This document shows positions 14,771 to 27,459 of a stretch of 64,000 nt of DNA, one piece after another. This DNA comes from Rhizophagus irregularis (Eukaryota): NCBI RefSeq assembly GCF_026210795.1, contig NC_089431.1:4960001-5024000 (forward strand). Reading direction: 5' to 3'. Under the pieces are notes generated by a model that ran no database searches, had not been told where the DNA came from, and saw only the letters and a list, made by a program, of their open reading frames with translations. Positions within the stretch are counted from its first letter, which is position 1, and the number at the start of each line of letters is the position of its first letter. A program made the position numbers and the translations under genes.

Positions 14771-15526
14771 CACAAATACAATAAGGTTTTTAATATTTTT
14801 ATTAATTCCAATAATATAAAATTGTTTACATATTTAAGCTACTATATTAAAGAAATTCTATTTCTGTGTTCCATCTCATTTCTACAAACTTTTTATTTAT
14901 TTGTGTTTTTTCTAACAATAAATATTAAAATTTTTTTCATTATATTCCTAATAATAAAATATTGGAAAAAAAAATTCATATATCATGTTTATCTCATCTC
15001 CTAACAATAAAAAATCAGTGAATTTATTCATCAAAAATTTTTGTGTCTGCTCATTGTCTCACATTATTTACTCTCATTGTTTCCTAATAATGTCAAATTT
15101 TTTTTTGTATTCCATCCTTCTGTTTTAAACTAACAAAACATTTCTTATCTCTTTATCCTATAACCAATTAAAAAAAAACTATACCCCTGTTGGAATTACT
15201 TTTTTTATTTTAAAAAGAAATTTTGATAAATAATCTGAAGGAAAATTTGAGAAAAAACTATAAAAAAAAAAATTCGCATGAAATTTTTTGGAATAAAGTT
15301 TTTTTAAAATTCAAACTTCAAGAAAGATCAGTGTGTAATAAGTGATGATCATGTGTGTTAATTGCATAATTGGCTAAATGATTTTCCGCTTGCCGAGTAA
15401 AACAATAATATTTTTATATATTGTTCTTTCTTATTTGGATCAACGATATTCCTTTTACTTTTAACCATCTTTTAGCAAAAACAATTTCGCATTCCAAATA
15501 ATCTATTTATTAAATTATCTTAAAAA

Positions 15527-17815
15527 ATGACTAATTATTATTGGATTGTAGCTCAACATTCCGGGAAAGTTATTGAGGTTGAAGGTGGCTCTATGAATAG
15601 TTGTGCTAAAATCATCCAATATAGAAAGAAATCCGCGGATGATCCTTCCGTAAATTTTTGATAAAATTCTAATTAAATAGTATTTTCTTGATAAATTTAT
15701 TTTTATTTTCTTTATGTAGGTTGATACTCAACTCTGGTTTTTTAATGGAGGATTAATTACTAACAAAAAATCTGGTCTCGTGTTCGATGTCTATCAAGGT
15801 AAGCAACAATTTAATTAATAGAAACAAAATCTTACAAATTTACAAATCTAATTTTTCTTTTCTTTTCAAATTAAGAAAAAATCCAAAATGGTTTGTACTT
15901 TGTAGTCATATGTAAAAGACATCACTTTTTGATTTTCTACTCAGCAATTATTTCGCAATAAAGGTACACAAATTATTCAACATGGAAATAATTATGAACC
16001 TACTGCTCATCAGGAATGGGACTACAATCACGAGGATAATACTATCACTTTAAGATCTAATCGAAATTTTGTCCTTGATGTCAAGGTAAAACTTTGTAAG
16101 GCTATTGAAGTTATTAGTACAATAACCATTGATTCTTTCTCTTAAATTTGTGTTTATATAGAAAGCAAAAAAGGATGATATGGTTCCCATCATCTTACAG
16201 AATAGGACATCAGAAATTTACATTGCAAAAATGGAATGATACTTCAGGTGTTGAAAATGTTGGTAGATTAGTAACGAACATTATGGCTGATAATAAATTT
16301 TTACCAAAATTATTACAAAATTTACTTGAAATTTTGAATGATGACGAATATTATGATGTTACTATTGAAGTTGGTAATGACCCTTATGCAAAGATCTTCC
16401 GCGCTCATATGGTTATATTAAATTATCGCTCTCCTTGCTTGCGAGGAATTCTATCATCTAATAAAAAGAAAAATGATGGTACTTTGACGCATATTAGTTT
16501 GTCCGATATTTTGCCCAACATTTTGCCTGAAACTTTTGAAATAATTTTAAGGTAATGAATTAAAAGTTATTAAAATATTTTATTCAATTTTAGATAATTA
16601 ATTGATTATTTATTTTATTATTACAGATATATTTATGGAGGAAAACTTTCTTTGAAAGAATGTGATACTTCAGATATAATTAAATTACTAATTTCTGCCA
16701 AAGAATTAAACCTTCAGGAATTGGTCACCCATATACAATCATTTTTGGTTGAAAATAGAGTAAACTGGATGGAACAAAATATTGATTTGATATATCAAAC
16801 AAGTTTTGAAAATGAAAATGATTCTTTTTTGTGTCTTCAAAAATATTGTAATGATTTAATATCTCAAGACCCAGTTAAAATATTGAAATCACAAAGTTTT
16901 GAATCAATTTCGGAAAATCTTTTAGTATCGATTATTCAAAAAGATAATCTTCAAATGAGTGAGATTGAAATTTGGGAACATGTGCTTAAATGGGGACTTG
17001 CAAAAAATCCAGAACTTCCGAAATCCGACCCTACAAATTATTCAAAAGAAGATTTTAATAGTTTGAAGAATAATTTAAAAAAATTTATACCTTATATTAG
17101 GTTCCATAATTTAACTTCTAAAGAATTTTTAAGTAGAGTATTTCCATATAAAAAAGTATTACCCAAGGAATTATATGTTGATTTATTAAAAGAATATTTG
17201 GATAATGATAACAAGACAAGTAGTAAATCGAACCCTCGTATAGTTAAGGAGATTAATTCAAAAAACCCTGATTCTAAAATTATTACATTTAAACATTCTG
17301 AAACAATATCAAAATGGATTAAGAGAGTAGAAATTGATGACGAGTTACCCAATTCTTTTGAATTTAAATTATTATTTCGTGGATCTCGTGATGGATTTTA
17401 TCCAGAAAAATTCCATGAAATTTGTGATAATCAATCTTATACTGTAACAGTTGCTAAAGTTGAAGGTAGTAATGAAATACTTGGAGGATTTAATTCGTTT
17501 GCATGGAAATCAAATAATATATATGGTGCTTCTGGAGATAATTTTATTTTCTCTTTTAATAATATTAATAGGAATGAAAATTATATTTTAAGTCGTATAA
17601 TGGATAAAAAACATGCTACAAATAATAAATACTATTGTGGACCATCATTTGGTAATGGAGATCTTATTATATGTGGATTTGATCTTCAAACACTTTGTAA
17701 TTATTCTTATAATAGTAAGAATTCTTATGAAAAATTAATTAGAGAAACTGAAGGTACGTTTTCTGTAGAAGAATATGAAGTATTTCGAGTGATGTTTAAA
17801 TTTAAGGGACAATGA
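15527..17815 (+). CDS. Ricin-B lectin - BTB/POZ - BACK - TLDc protein (6 predicted exons; lectin-BTB junction frame ambiguous)
   Basis: MTNYYWIVAQHSGKVIEV, TQLW..KKSGLVFDV, 15-nt microexon 15876-15890, HQEW..NFVLDVK (QxW repeats); BTB FRAHMVILNYRSP; TLDc LLFRGSRDGF..GPSFG..EYEVF. Confidence 0.8.
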
Positions 17816-19336
17816 AATTTTCTATTATTGTACTTTTTTTGTATTACAATTATTACTTTTCAAAATTCCATATTAGAGGACGTTAAAATTTAACTACGTT
17901 TTGAAGTATGATTCTTTAATAAATCACTTTTATATCGATAGTAAAATAATTATCGATTCACTCTTGAGTGGTAGTTTCCCTCGTAATTAAAAATGGTTTT
18001 ATTGCGTCTAATATTCTATCCAATAATATGCAAATATTTTCATACATTAGTAATCGCATTTAATAATTATAGGTATTCCGTTAAATAAAGTAATCAATAA
18101 ATTATAATATATTTTATATTTCAAAGGATGCAGATAACTACAGTAACTCAAATTTTTTACTTTTATTATAAAGAATTATGCAACATAAATAATAATGCGG
18201 TACCTCAATATGTACAATAAATAGATATCGGTTTCTATAGATGATTAAATTGTATGCTTTAAATTTCTATCGTTCTTCCTTTATTTGAAATTTCGTAGCT
18301 AACTTCGGTTAAGAATTTCTTCAAAGTTTATTGGAAAATTAAAATAAATTCTTGGATAATATCAGTATGTGGAAATCAATGAATTTAACCTTAAATAAAG
18401 ACGTACTCGATGTAAATAATTTTTTTATTTTATTATGTTGTATAATGAAAATTTTTAATAAATTATTTGAATACCACCAACTAGAGAAATATGAGCAAAA
18501 AACAAATATTTTACCAATATTACGCAATTTCTTTTGAAAAATCGAATAAATAACCCTGACTTTTGAACTTATTTAATAACTATGTAACCGTGTGACTGTG
18601 GTAATTATCATAATACATACGCTATCATCAGCAAACTAAAGGTTTTAAAAATTCAACGTCTTTTCAAAAAACCAAATGTGAACTTATAATAACATTAGAA
18701 TATTTGAAAGAAGTTAATTGAATTTGATTTCAGGTTTTCTTTGTTATTTTCTATCAACATTTCGTTTATTTCTGTTTTCAATCATTATACGTAATATTGT
18801 TAAACTATGGTGTGCAAATATCCTCTTCTTAAAATAAAGGACATAAATAATTAATGTATAATGAAGGCAAAAAAACTTTTTTTTTGTTACAATTGTTGGC
18901 AATTCTTCTATCAAAAGTTTGATTGTTTCTTGAAACTCGTTTCCATTGTTATTGATTCCTTATAAAATGTCAAACATCAAGTATCGCCCAATCATATTAT
19001 TATTTTCTGCAAAAATCTCAACTTTGCCATTTAAAGCAAAGTGATGATTGCCTTGATAAATTTAATTTAGAAGTCTATTATGCGATTTATGCGTCAAAAT
19101 ATATTAAAACTATTTATACATGCTAGTCTAAACGTTACGATTTTTTTATGATGATCGGTAATGCAGATCAATGAATCAGAAAAAATACGGAAAAAAAAAA
19201 TCAAAAAATCATATGGATTATGCAATGATCGCTTTTTTTTGATCCTTTTTAGTAACATAAATATATTTTTTTTTCGTTCAAAAAAAAAAAAAAAAAAAAA
19301 AATTCTTTTTTGAATACTTATTACGAAAATAACCTA

Positions 19337-20125
19337 ATGGAAAGTAAATCAAATATCTCAGGTGAAAATTTCAATCATAAAAATTGTTCATATTGTAATA
19401 AACCCTTTACTGAAGAATTATGGTGTAAAAAATGTGATCCATTTAGAATAATGGAAGGATGGACCAGTGGAAATTCTGATATTGATGAGTTTATAAAAGA
19501 TACAATGTATAATGCAAGGGATAATGAATATGCTTTTCTTAAATGGGTACCATTTGATAGATTTACAGATATAAAAGAAATTGGTGAAGGTGGATTTGCC
19601 AAAATATATTCTGCAACTTGGATTGATGGTCAATCATATTATTACAAACAAAGTGATGTATGGAAGTTGGAAAAAAGAACTTAAACCTCAAGAAGTCGCT
19701 TTGAAAAAGCTAAAAGGATCACAAAATATGTCAGATAATTATTTAAATCAAGTACGTTTTTATACTATTTTGTCTTATTTAATTTATTTCATTGGGGTAT
19801 TTAATAGTATTAAAATATTTTGTTAAAATATAGCTTGAAATACATTGGGAAATTACTGACGAACTGGGATTAGAATTTACTAAAGACCCAGAAACTAAAG
19901 AATTTACATTTAGCAATTTATTACCAAAACCCGTTAATTCATCCATTATTACTTCATATGTTAATAATGAATGTATTTTTTATTTTTAAAAATTTTATTT
20001 TACTTAACTTTATTGTCTCAATAGTTTGTGACTCTCAATTAATCGACTTGGAAGTATCTAATTCAATATAATTAAGAGGTACTATAGATATTGACGATGA
20101 ATGTAAGGTTGATGATTTAGTGAAT
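19337..20125 (+). pseudogene. TKL kinase pseudogene with internal deletion
   Basis: WTSGN, GEGGFAKIYSATW, frameshift to VALKKL; DPETKEF is joined directly to the C-terminal NLLPKPVNSS, so the catalytic core is missing. Confidence 0.8.
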
Positions 20126-20394
20126 TAAATATTATTATAGTATAACAATATAATTGGTAGCTTAATTTCTTGTAATCCTATGATAGAATTAGGTGACTTA
20201 AAAACTTTTATATACATATATATATATTAATAAACTTATGCATGTTTAAAGTTAATATACTGTATAATTATTATTTGTAAAATTTCGTTTCCAAAAACAA
20301 AAGTTTTCTTGACATCAAAAATTTATCATGTGAATGTTTTTGATATAGCCATAATTCAATTCAATTTTAATTTAAAACAAGTCAGAAATTTGTT

Positions 20395-20940
20395 CCAAAA
20401 GTATCGATTCAACAATTATTTCAGATCAGCATGTTGAATTGATTTCGAAATGGATAGATAAATTGGATGATGTTAATGGAAACTCTTGCTTCTATGACTT
20501 CAAAATCAAATTCGTTATATGAATTCAAGTGGACCTCGTGATGGACTAACACCTGATGAATTCTATGAAATTTGCGATAATCAGTCTTTTACTGTAACAG
20601 CAGTTACTAAAGTGAAAAATAGTAACGAAATTCTTGGAGGGTATAATCCAATTTCATGGTATAACAAATCCGACATACGGCATCACTAATGATAGTTTTA
20701 TATTCTCTTTTAAGGATAAGAATGATTATATTTTGAGTCGTGTAAAAGATCCAAAGTTTGCTATTGTTAATAGCACTTTTTATGGTCCAACATTTGGTAA
20801 TGGTGATTTTATATTAAGAGGAAACAACTTTTATAATAGTAGTTATTGTAGAAACATTCTTATGAAAGAGCAATTAGAGAAACTGAAGGAACATTTTCGG
20901 TAAAAGAATATGAAGTATTTCAAATCGTAAAAGATTTATT
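20395..20940 (+). pseudogene. TLDc domain fragment
   Basis: Frameshifted ISKWID..ILGGYNP..DSFIFSF..GPTFGNGD..EYEVF, homologous to the other TLDc genes in the window. Confidence 0.8.
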
Positions 20941-21034
20941 CTAAAGAATTACTTTATATTTAACTTATTAGAAATTTCTCTTATTCGGGAAATTAGTGAA
21001 TTTTGATTTTTTTTTATTACGCTCTGATAGATTT

Positions 21035-21217
21035 TATTATCGCCGTTTTCAAAATGATGTACGCAGTTAAATTTGAATAAAAAAAAAAGAAACCCGAAAA
21101 CCGGACGAAAACCGGATGAAATATGGATAAAAACCGAATGAAAACCGGGCGAATATTGGTATTCGAATATACAATTACAAATAAACTGCGTACACTATTT
21201 TGAAAACGGCAATAATA
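21035..21217. mobile_element. Small MITE
   Basis: ~33-bp imperfect TIR TATTAT(C/T)GCCGTTTTCAAAAT..TGTACGCAGTT. Confidence 0.65.
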
Positions 21218-21403
21218 CTATTTTTTTTTTAAAAAAAAAATAAAAAAATAATAATAACATGCAGATCTTTGAGTTAAAACACTTTTTTTTAAATTTTTGG
21301 TAGCTAAAGTAATTATTAAAATAAAAAAAAATAAATAAAAAATTAATTTAAAAATTTAATTTAGGCGACACAAAGTGGTAAAAATGGTTTTCATAGTCCG
21401 GCC

Positions 21404-22338
21404 TAGAGCTCCGAATGGGTCAGGTCAGGTCAGGTTAATTGATAAACCTGACCTGAAATTTTTTTTCAGGTCAGGTCAGGTCAGGTTATATCAGGTTGTC
21501 TGTTTGACCTGACCTGACCTGAAACCTGAAAAATTTCAGGACTATTTTTATTAAAGTATTGAAAAAAAGTGGTACAAAACTTTTTTTTTAATATAATATT
21601 ATGAAAAAAAACGTTTTTGCAACGTTTTTTATTAAAATATTGAAAAAAAATATTGCAAAACGTTTTTTTTAATATAATATTATGAAAAAATGTTTTTGCA
21701 ACGTTATTATTGAAATAAATATCAAAAAAAAAATGTTACGAAACATTTTTTTAATATAATATTATGAAAAAACGTTTTCGCAACATTTTTTCTCGAAATA
21801 TTGCGATTCAACATTTTATATTAAAATCATATAAAAAAGTGAATCCCAATACTGCAATTCACTTTTTTATATTGATTTTGTATAAAAAAAGTGAGTTGCG
21901 GTATTGCGATTCACTTTGTTATATAGATTCTATATAAAAAAAGTGAGTTGCAGTATTGCAATTCACTTTTTTTATATAGAATTAATATAAAAAAGTGAAT
22001 CGCAATATCGCAACTCACTTTTATTATATAAAATCAATATAAAAAAGTGAATCGCAATACCGCAACTCACTTTTTTTATATAGAATCTATATAAAAAAGT
22101 GAATCGCAATATTGCAACTCACTTTTATTATATAAAATCAATATAAAAAAGTGAATCGCAATACTGCAACTCACTTTTATTATATAGTAGAATCAATAGT
22201 TTCAGGTCAACAGGTCAATCAGGTCAGGTCAATCTTCATACCTGACCTGAATTTTTTTTAAAAATCTCATACCTGACCTGAATTTCAGGTCAGGTCAGGT
22301 CAGGTTACCTGAATTTGGCTGACCTGTTCGGAGCTCTA
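21404..22338. mobile_element. Non-autonomous hAT-like element nested just inside the Zator TIR
   Basis: TIR TAGAGCTCCGAA, perfect 8-bp TSD GTCCGGCC, subterminal GGTCA repeats, internal tandem repeats. Confidence 0.9.
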
Positions 22339-22544
22339 GTCCGGCCGGGTCAGTTTTGTTAAGTCTCAAAAAAAAATTTTTTATATTAGGCCGGGCAAAA
22401 AAAAAATTTAGATTCTCGTGACCCGGCCGGGTCTGTTTTACAAAAATTCAAGATTTTTTTTTTTATAGTAAAATTTTTTATCACGTGACTTTATATAATG
22501 AAATTATTAATTGTTTTATTATATAAAATTTTAATTTCAACATA

Positions 22545-25500
22545 TTATTTTCGTGATCTTTTTGATACTTGAAACTTGGTATTCTTACCACGTTTTTTTT
22601 TACTTGAAACTGTTGTATGACACTCATCACAATAATAATAAAATCCTTCATTTAAATTGGGTCTATCAGATTCGTCGCATTCATCTTCTGGTACTTTTCC
22701 ACACTGAAAACAAATTTCTTCAAATAAACCACTTGAATAATAAGAAATTTCTGTTGGATTATTACATATTAACCCATCATCAACTTTTACTTTTTTAAAA
22801 ATTTCTCCTACATAATCATGTTCACTATTCTCATCACCATTAATATTTGATTCATTTTGTTCCACATTTTCCACTAAAGCTTCAAAAGAATCACCACATG
22901 TATATTGAATGGTATCCAGATATCTTTCCAAAATGGATACTTCAAAGGGAGATAACTTGCTTTTGCTATATAATACACGCCATTTGTTGCATTCACAACA
23001 TTCAATTACTATTCCAACATTCCTTACAAATTGAGCAGTAGGACCAAATTCTATATGAGCTCTCTTCTTTTTTTGTTGTTGATTTAATAAAGATGGTCTA
23101 TATTGCTCTGTTGTAATTGTACCATATACATCCTCAAATTGTTTATAATTAGTTTTGTCAGCTATTGGAACTGGGTCAGGTAATGAATGAACTTGTGAAA
23201 AATCAAGTTCATCACTTCTTATTGGCTTACAAATATTACAATCAATTGCCCCACACTTTTTTATTTGAAAAAAATAATGACGTGACTTGCAACAGTGGTC
23301 ATAAAATTCTTGTAATTTAGCCTATTAAAATAAAAATTAATTATTAATTTTTAGTAATTATTTTAATAAATAAATATTAAATAAAATCTACTTACTTTAT
23401 CCTTAATATCCTTTTTTGTTCTATCATCCATATTTAATGAATCTTCAATTTCTAATAAAGATTCCCATAAATCTTTAATTTCTTCTTCTGTTGCTGATTT
23501 ATAAGTTATAAATGGCTCATCTTTTAGTGATAATCGTTCAAAGATACCTTCCATTAAGTTAATTGGTGCCTGTAAACTATTTATTAATTCATTTTTCAAT
23601 TGTGGTTCATCCTTTGAATATGTGCGAATTTCCTCCATAGAATTGCATTTTTTCATTAAATTTTCTAAATCATTACTCAATTCATCACGCATTAAACCAA
23701 TACTTTGCATACCAAGATTCAATATTGACATTATACGTTCAACTGGATTCTTCCAAGAATGACCTGGTGGAGTTCTAACAGCAATTAACAAATCTAAATC
23801 TAACTTCAAAAATAATGCTATTAATGCTAATTGAACACGAACATAAGTAACTCGATGATCAGGTCCTCCATCAGTATAAAGTAATAAATAAGGCTTATTT
23901 TCATTTGTATTATTTAATATTTTATATAATTCTGTCATATGGCGTAATGAATCTGATGGTTGAAATATAGGATCTTTTAAACTAATATATACTTGTCCAC
24001 GATAAAATGACTCTTCAATTGTAGCAGGAATTTCACATAACATTGTTACACTTGGAATGATACCACACTTTGTAAAATCATGATCTGCGACTTTAAAAGC
24101 CTTATTTTTTGATACTATTACTTGTCGCCCTCTTTCAACAGCTGCAACTGGATATCCTGGTTCACCTACTTTACATCTATGTTTATCATCCATAAAAATT
24201 AACCATGAATTCATACGTAAAAGTATTGCCATTTCCTTTTGATAACGAAACAAAGCACTAGCATAATGTAAATCTTCATGATTACAACGTAATTGCCTTG
24301 CTTGCACCATAAATTTAATTGGGAGTTTACCAGTAAATTGCACACTACTTTTATGTGTTGGATTTTTTGGCCAAAATTGTAGTCTAATCCATTGTACAGA
24401 TGGAATTGGTATATTTGGAGGACAAATTTTAAGTACATGATTTCGGAAATCACGAGTTGAAATTGCAACTGCAAGATGCTGAAATATATCATGTCTTCTA
24501 TCATCAACAGCTAAAACAGATTCTTGAGCTATTCCTTCTAAATATTTGGATGAATATTCCCAAAATACATCATATTTAGGTAATCTACCTTCATTAATTT
24601 CACGAAAATCCGTAATTAAATCAGGATCTCCTAATTCAAACATTACTTCTACACGATCATCTATATCTTGAGTTTCTGAATTAATTGAAGCTGCTGAATC
24701 TTGTAACCAAACAGAATAGATATAGCGCATTCTTGCTTTTTCTACTTTTCCAATATAAAGTTCAACTGTATCTAAAAATTCTTTTCTCATTGCTCTTGTA
24801 TGGTAAACTTGGAGTGTCTGTTTCAAATTATTTCTAATTGTATAATGTTTGTTAATCATATCCTGTTCATTAACATTAATACCAATACGCCAAACATAAA
24901 CTGAATTTTGTATATTTCCATGATGATATGTGTATTTTCCTACTTTGAATGGGAAAGCCACCTTTAATTTTTCAACAAATCTAAATCTTTGCCTAATTAA
25001 AAATAAGAATTCATTTATTATTTATTAGTTTATCAGAAGTTATTTATATAGTAATCCCTATAAAAAATAAGTGTCCAGAAATTGTCCAGAAATTGTCCGG
25101 AAAATTTGTCTAAATAATTGTCCAAAAAATGTCCAGAAAATGCCAGGTACTATGTCCGGAAATTGTTCCGAAAACACACTCATTTCCGGACACTCATTTT
25201 GTCCAGAATTTGTCCGGAAATTGACCTGAAATATTTTTTCATAAAATTTGGCACAAAAAGATGATCAACAGGTGACCATCATTATAATTGTTTTTAACTT
25301 AAAGTTTTATATCATAGATATATAGTATTTTTGCCTGCTCAGCAAATTTAATTAGTATGACAAAGAAGGTTATGAATGCCAGTCTTGTGCTTTTTGCAGT
25401 TTTTTACAAAATTAATTTATCCTTTTTTGGAAGTAGCATCCAGAATTTGTCCAGAATTTTTTCATGTCCGGAATTTGTCCAGTTCAAATTATCTGAATTT

Positions 25501-26718
25501 TTACTATATCCAGAATTTGTCCAGGTTTATCTGTCCGGAATTTGTCCAAAATTTTATACTGGACAAATTCTGGATATATTCTGGACAAAGTCCGGATATG
25601 TCAAAATTTTAGGTATCGAATTTGTAGCAAAAAATAGACATTTTCTGGACAATTTCTGGACATGCCAGATTTATTCTGGACATTTTCCGGACATTTTCGT
25701 AGACATTTTCCGGACATTTATTTTTTATAGGGAATGTATTATTGCTACCAACTTACTTTCGCAACACTGGACAAAATAGGTTAATATTAACAGGTTCCCA
25801 ATATTCCAATTCCTCTAAAGTTTTCGTAAGAATTCGAAACTCTTTAACTACTTCAGGTTTTCGCCATGTATTTTCATCCAAAATTTCTATATATCCGGCC
25901 TTTTCTTCATCAACTACAGGTGTTAAAGAACTTTGGTTTCTTGCAGTTATAACTCTTTGACTAATTAAGTATTCAGCATACTTTAAAAGATTATTTGCAT
26001 AAAGCAGTAAAGGTTCTTTTAGCCAAGCAAATTTGGGTTTTTCCATCCATGGTAATTCAATGTAATTCATCAAAATCTTATAATGACGTTGTAATTCTTC
26101 TGAATCAAATGATCTTCTTGAACTTTTGTATTTTTCAGGATGTGCTCGATCAAAAAAATTGGTAAATAAAGCTGGGATTTTAAATCTCTCATTGAATGTT
26201 TTATAAGAGCAAATATCAACGCACCAAATAGATTTTGCCAAATCAGTAACAAATTTTTTTCCAATATTATTTGCATTATCCTTTCCTATCCAACCCCCTC
26301 CATTACTTCTAATCAATTCATTTAAATCTATGCGTAATTGTTCCCAAGAATTTTTTGCCGGTAATTTAAATTCTGGAAGATAATTATGCATTGATGCAGA
26401 TCTCATTAATTCGAATGCATTGATTGTATTCATAGATGGTATTTCATTAGAATCATTTAGTAATTTAAATGTTACATATTTTCCGCACTGATTTACAGTC
26501 TCCCACGCATTGCATTCCAATCCTATTTTTTCTGTTTCACCTATTTTCGTATGACTAAAATATGCTACACAATTTTTCTCCCATAGTTCCGGATTTAATT
26601 TGTCAACAACTACATCTTTAAAAAATTCTTGTATGTTCATATCTTTATTAACGGGAAGTCCTTCCCACTCAAATACTGTTTTAGAATTAAACACGACATG
26701 TACAATTATTATCGGCAT
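22545..26718 (-). CDS. DDE transposase, Zator/TP36(ISAzo13)-like, ~1111 aa, 3 exons (26718-25757, 24992-23396, 23321-22545)
   Basis: GT-AG junctions join in frame (3336 nt); motifs FMDDKH, LYTDGGPDHR, RTPPGHSWKNPVERIMS; Cys-rich C-terminus (CECNKWR, CFQC..CDEC). Confidence 0.85.
25056..25732. mobile_element. 677-bp CACTA/CMC-like MITE, copy 2, in transposase intron 1
   Basis: Same TIRs, length and AAT flanks as 6470-7146. Confidence 0.9.
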
Positions 26719-27459
26719 ATTTTTTTATGAAAAAGAGATCTACAGATCGATAAAGGTCGATTTATCAAGTTTAATTTATTTATATATTACAAAGTTACAC
26801 AAAATATAATAAACATTACATATAAAAAATTTTTACATGTATAAAAAAAAAAACCGGCCGGCCGGGTCAATTTTAAAATTTTATGTCACAAGAATCTAAT
26901 TTTTTTTTTTGCCCGGCCTTATTACTATGCCGCGTGAGAATTTTTTAAAAATTGAAAAAAAATTTCGCATATAAAATTTTTGAAAAAAAAAATTAAAAGC
27001 CGGGTTGCCGGGTTATTGATGAAATTTTTATATTATGAAAACCATAAAATCAAGTTTGTATGGCCTTATATATTATTATTTACGTAATTTAATGACTAAA
27101 CATTGTATGTGATCATACTAAACTCAGTTCAAAAATAATTAAATTCACAAAATTCACATAATAATTTTGGTTAAAATGTTTATGAAAAAAACTATCACTG
27201 AATCTGGATAAATTTACGACTATACTTGTCGGCGATAGAATTTCTTATTAATAGTTTTATAAACTAAAATACGGTTCTAAATTGTTGAGCTTTATTGTAA
27301 TAATATTGTACTGTATATATATATATACCGTAATTTACTTTATTTATAGTTGTGCATCGAACAAACTATCACATGGTGGTGTACGCGATATGATTTAGTA
27401 ATAATGCTTAACAATTTTTTCATGACGTTTTTAAATGGAATAAATGTTGACCACATTCT

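Larger units (their letters stand above)
21364..27065 (-). mobile_element. Zator-type DNA transposon, full length
   Basis: 32-bp TIRs GGCGACACAAAG..TGGTTTTCATA (23/32 identical), GG..CC termini, TTA on both flanks, CCGG-rich subtermini, internal transposase gene. Confidence 0.8.

Noticed and set aside
21384..27045. Alternative transposon ends ATGGTTTTCATA with AT or AAAA TSD
   Set aside because: The TIR alignment extends 20 bp further out without gaps to GGC..GCC with a TTA duplication
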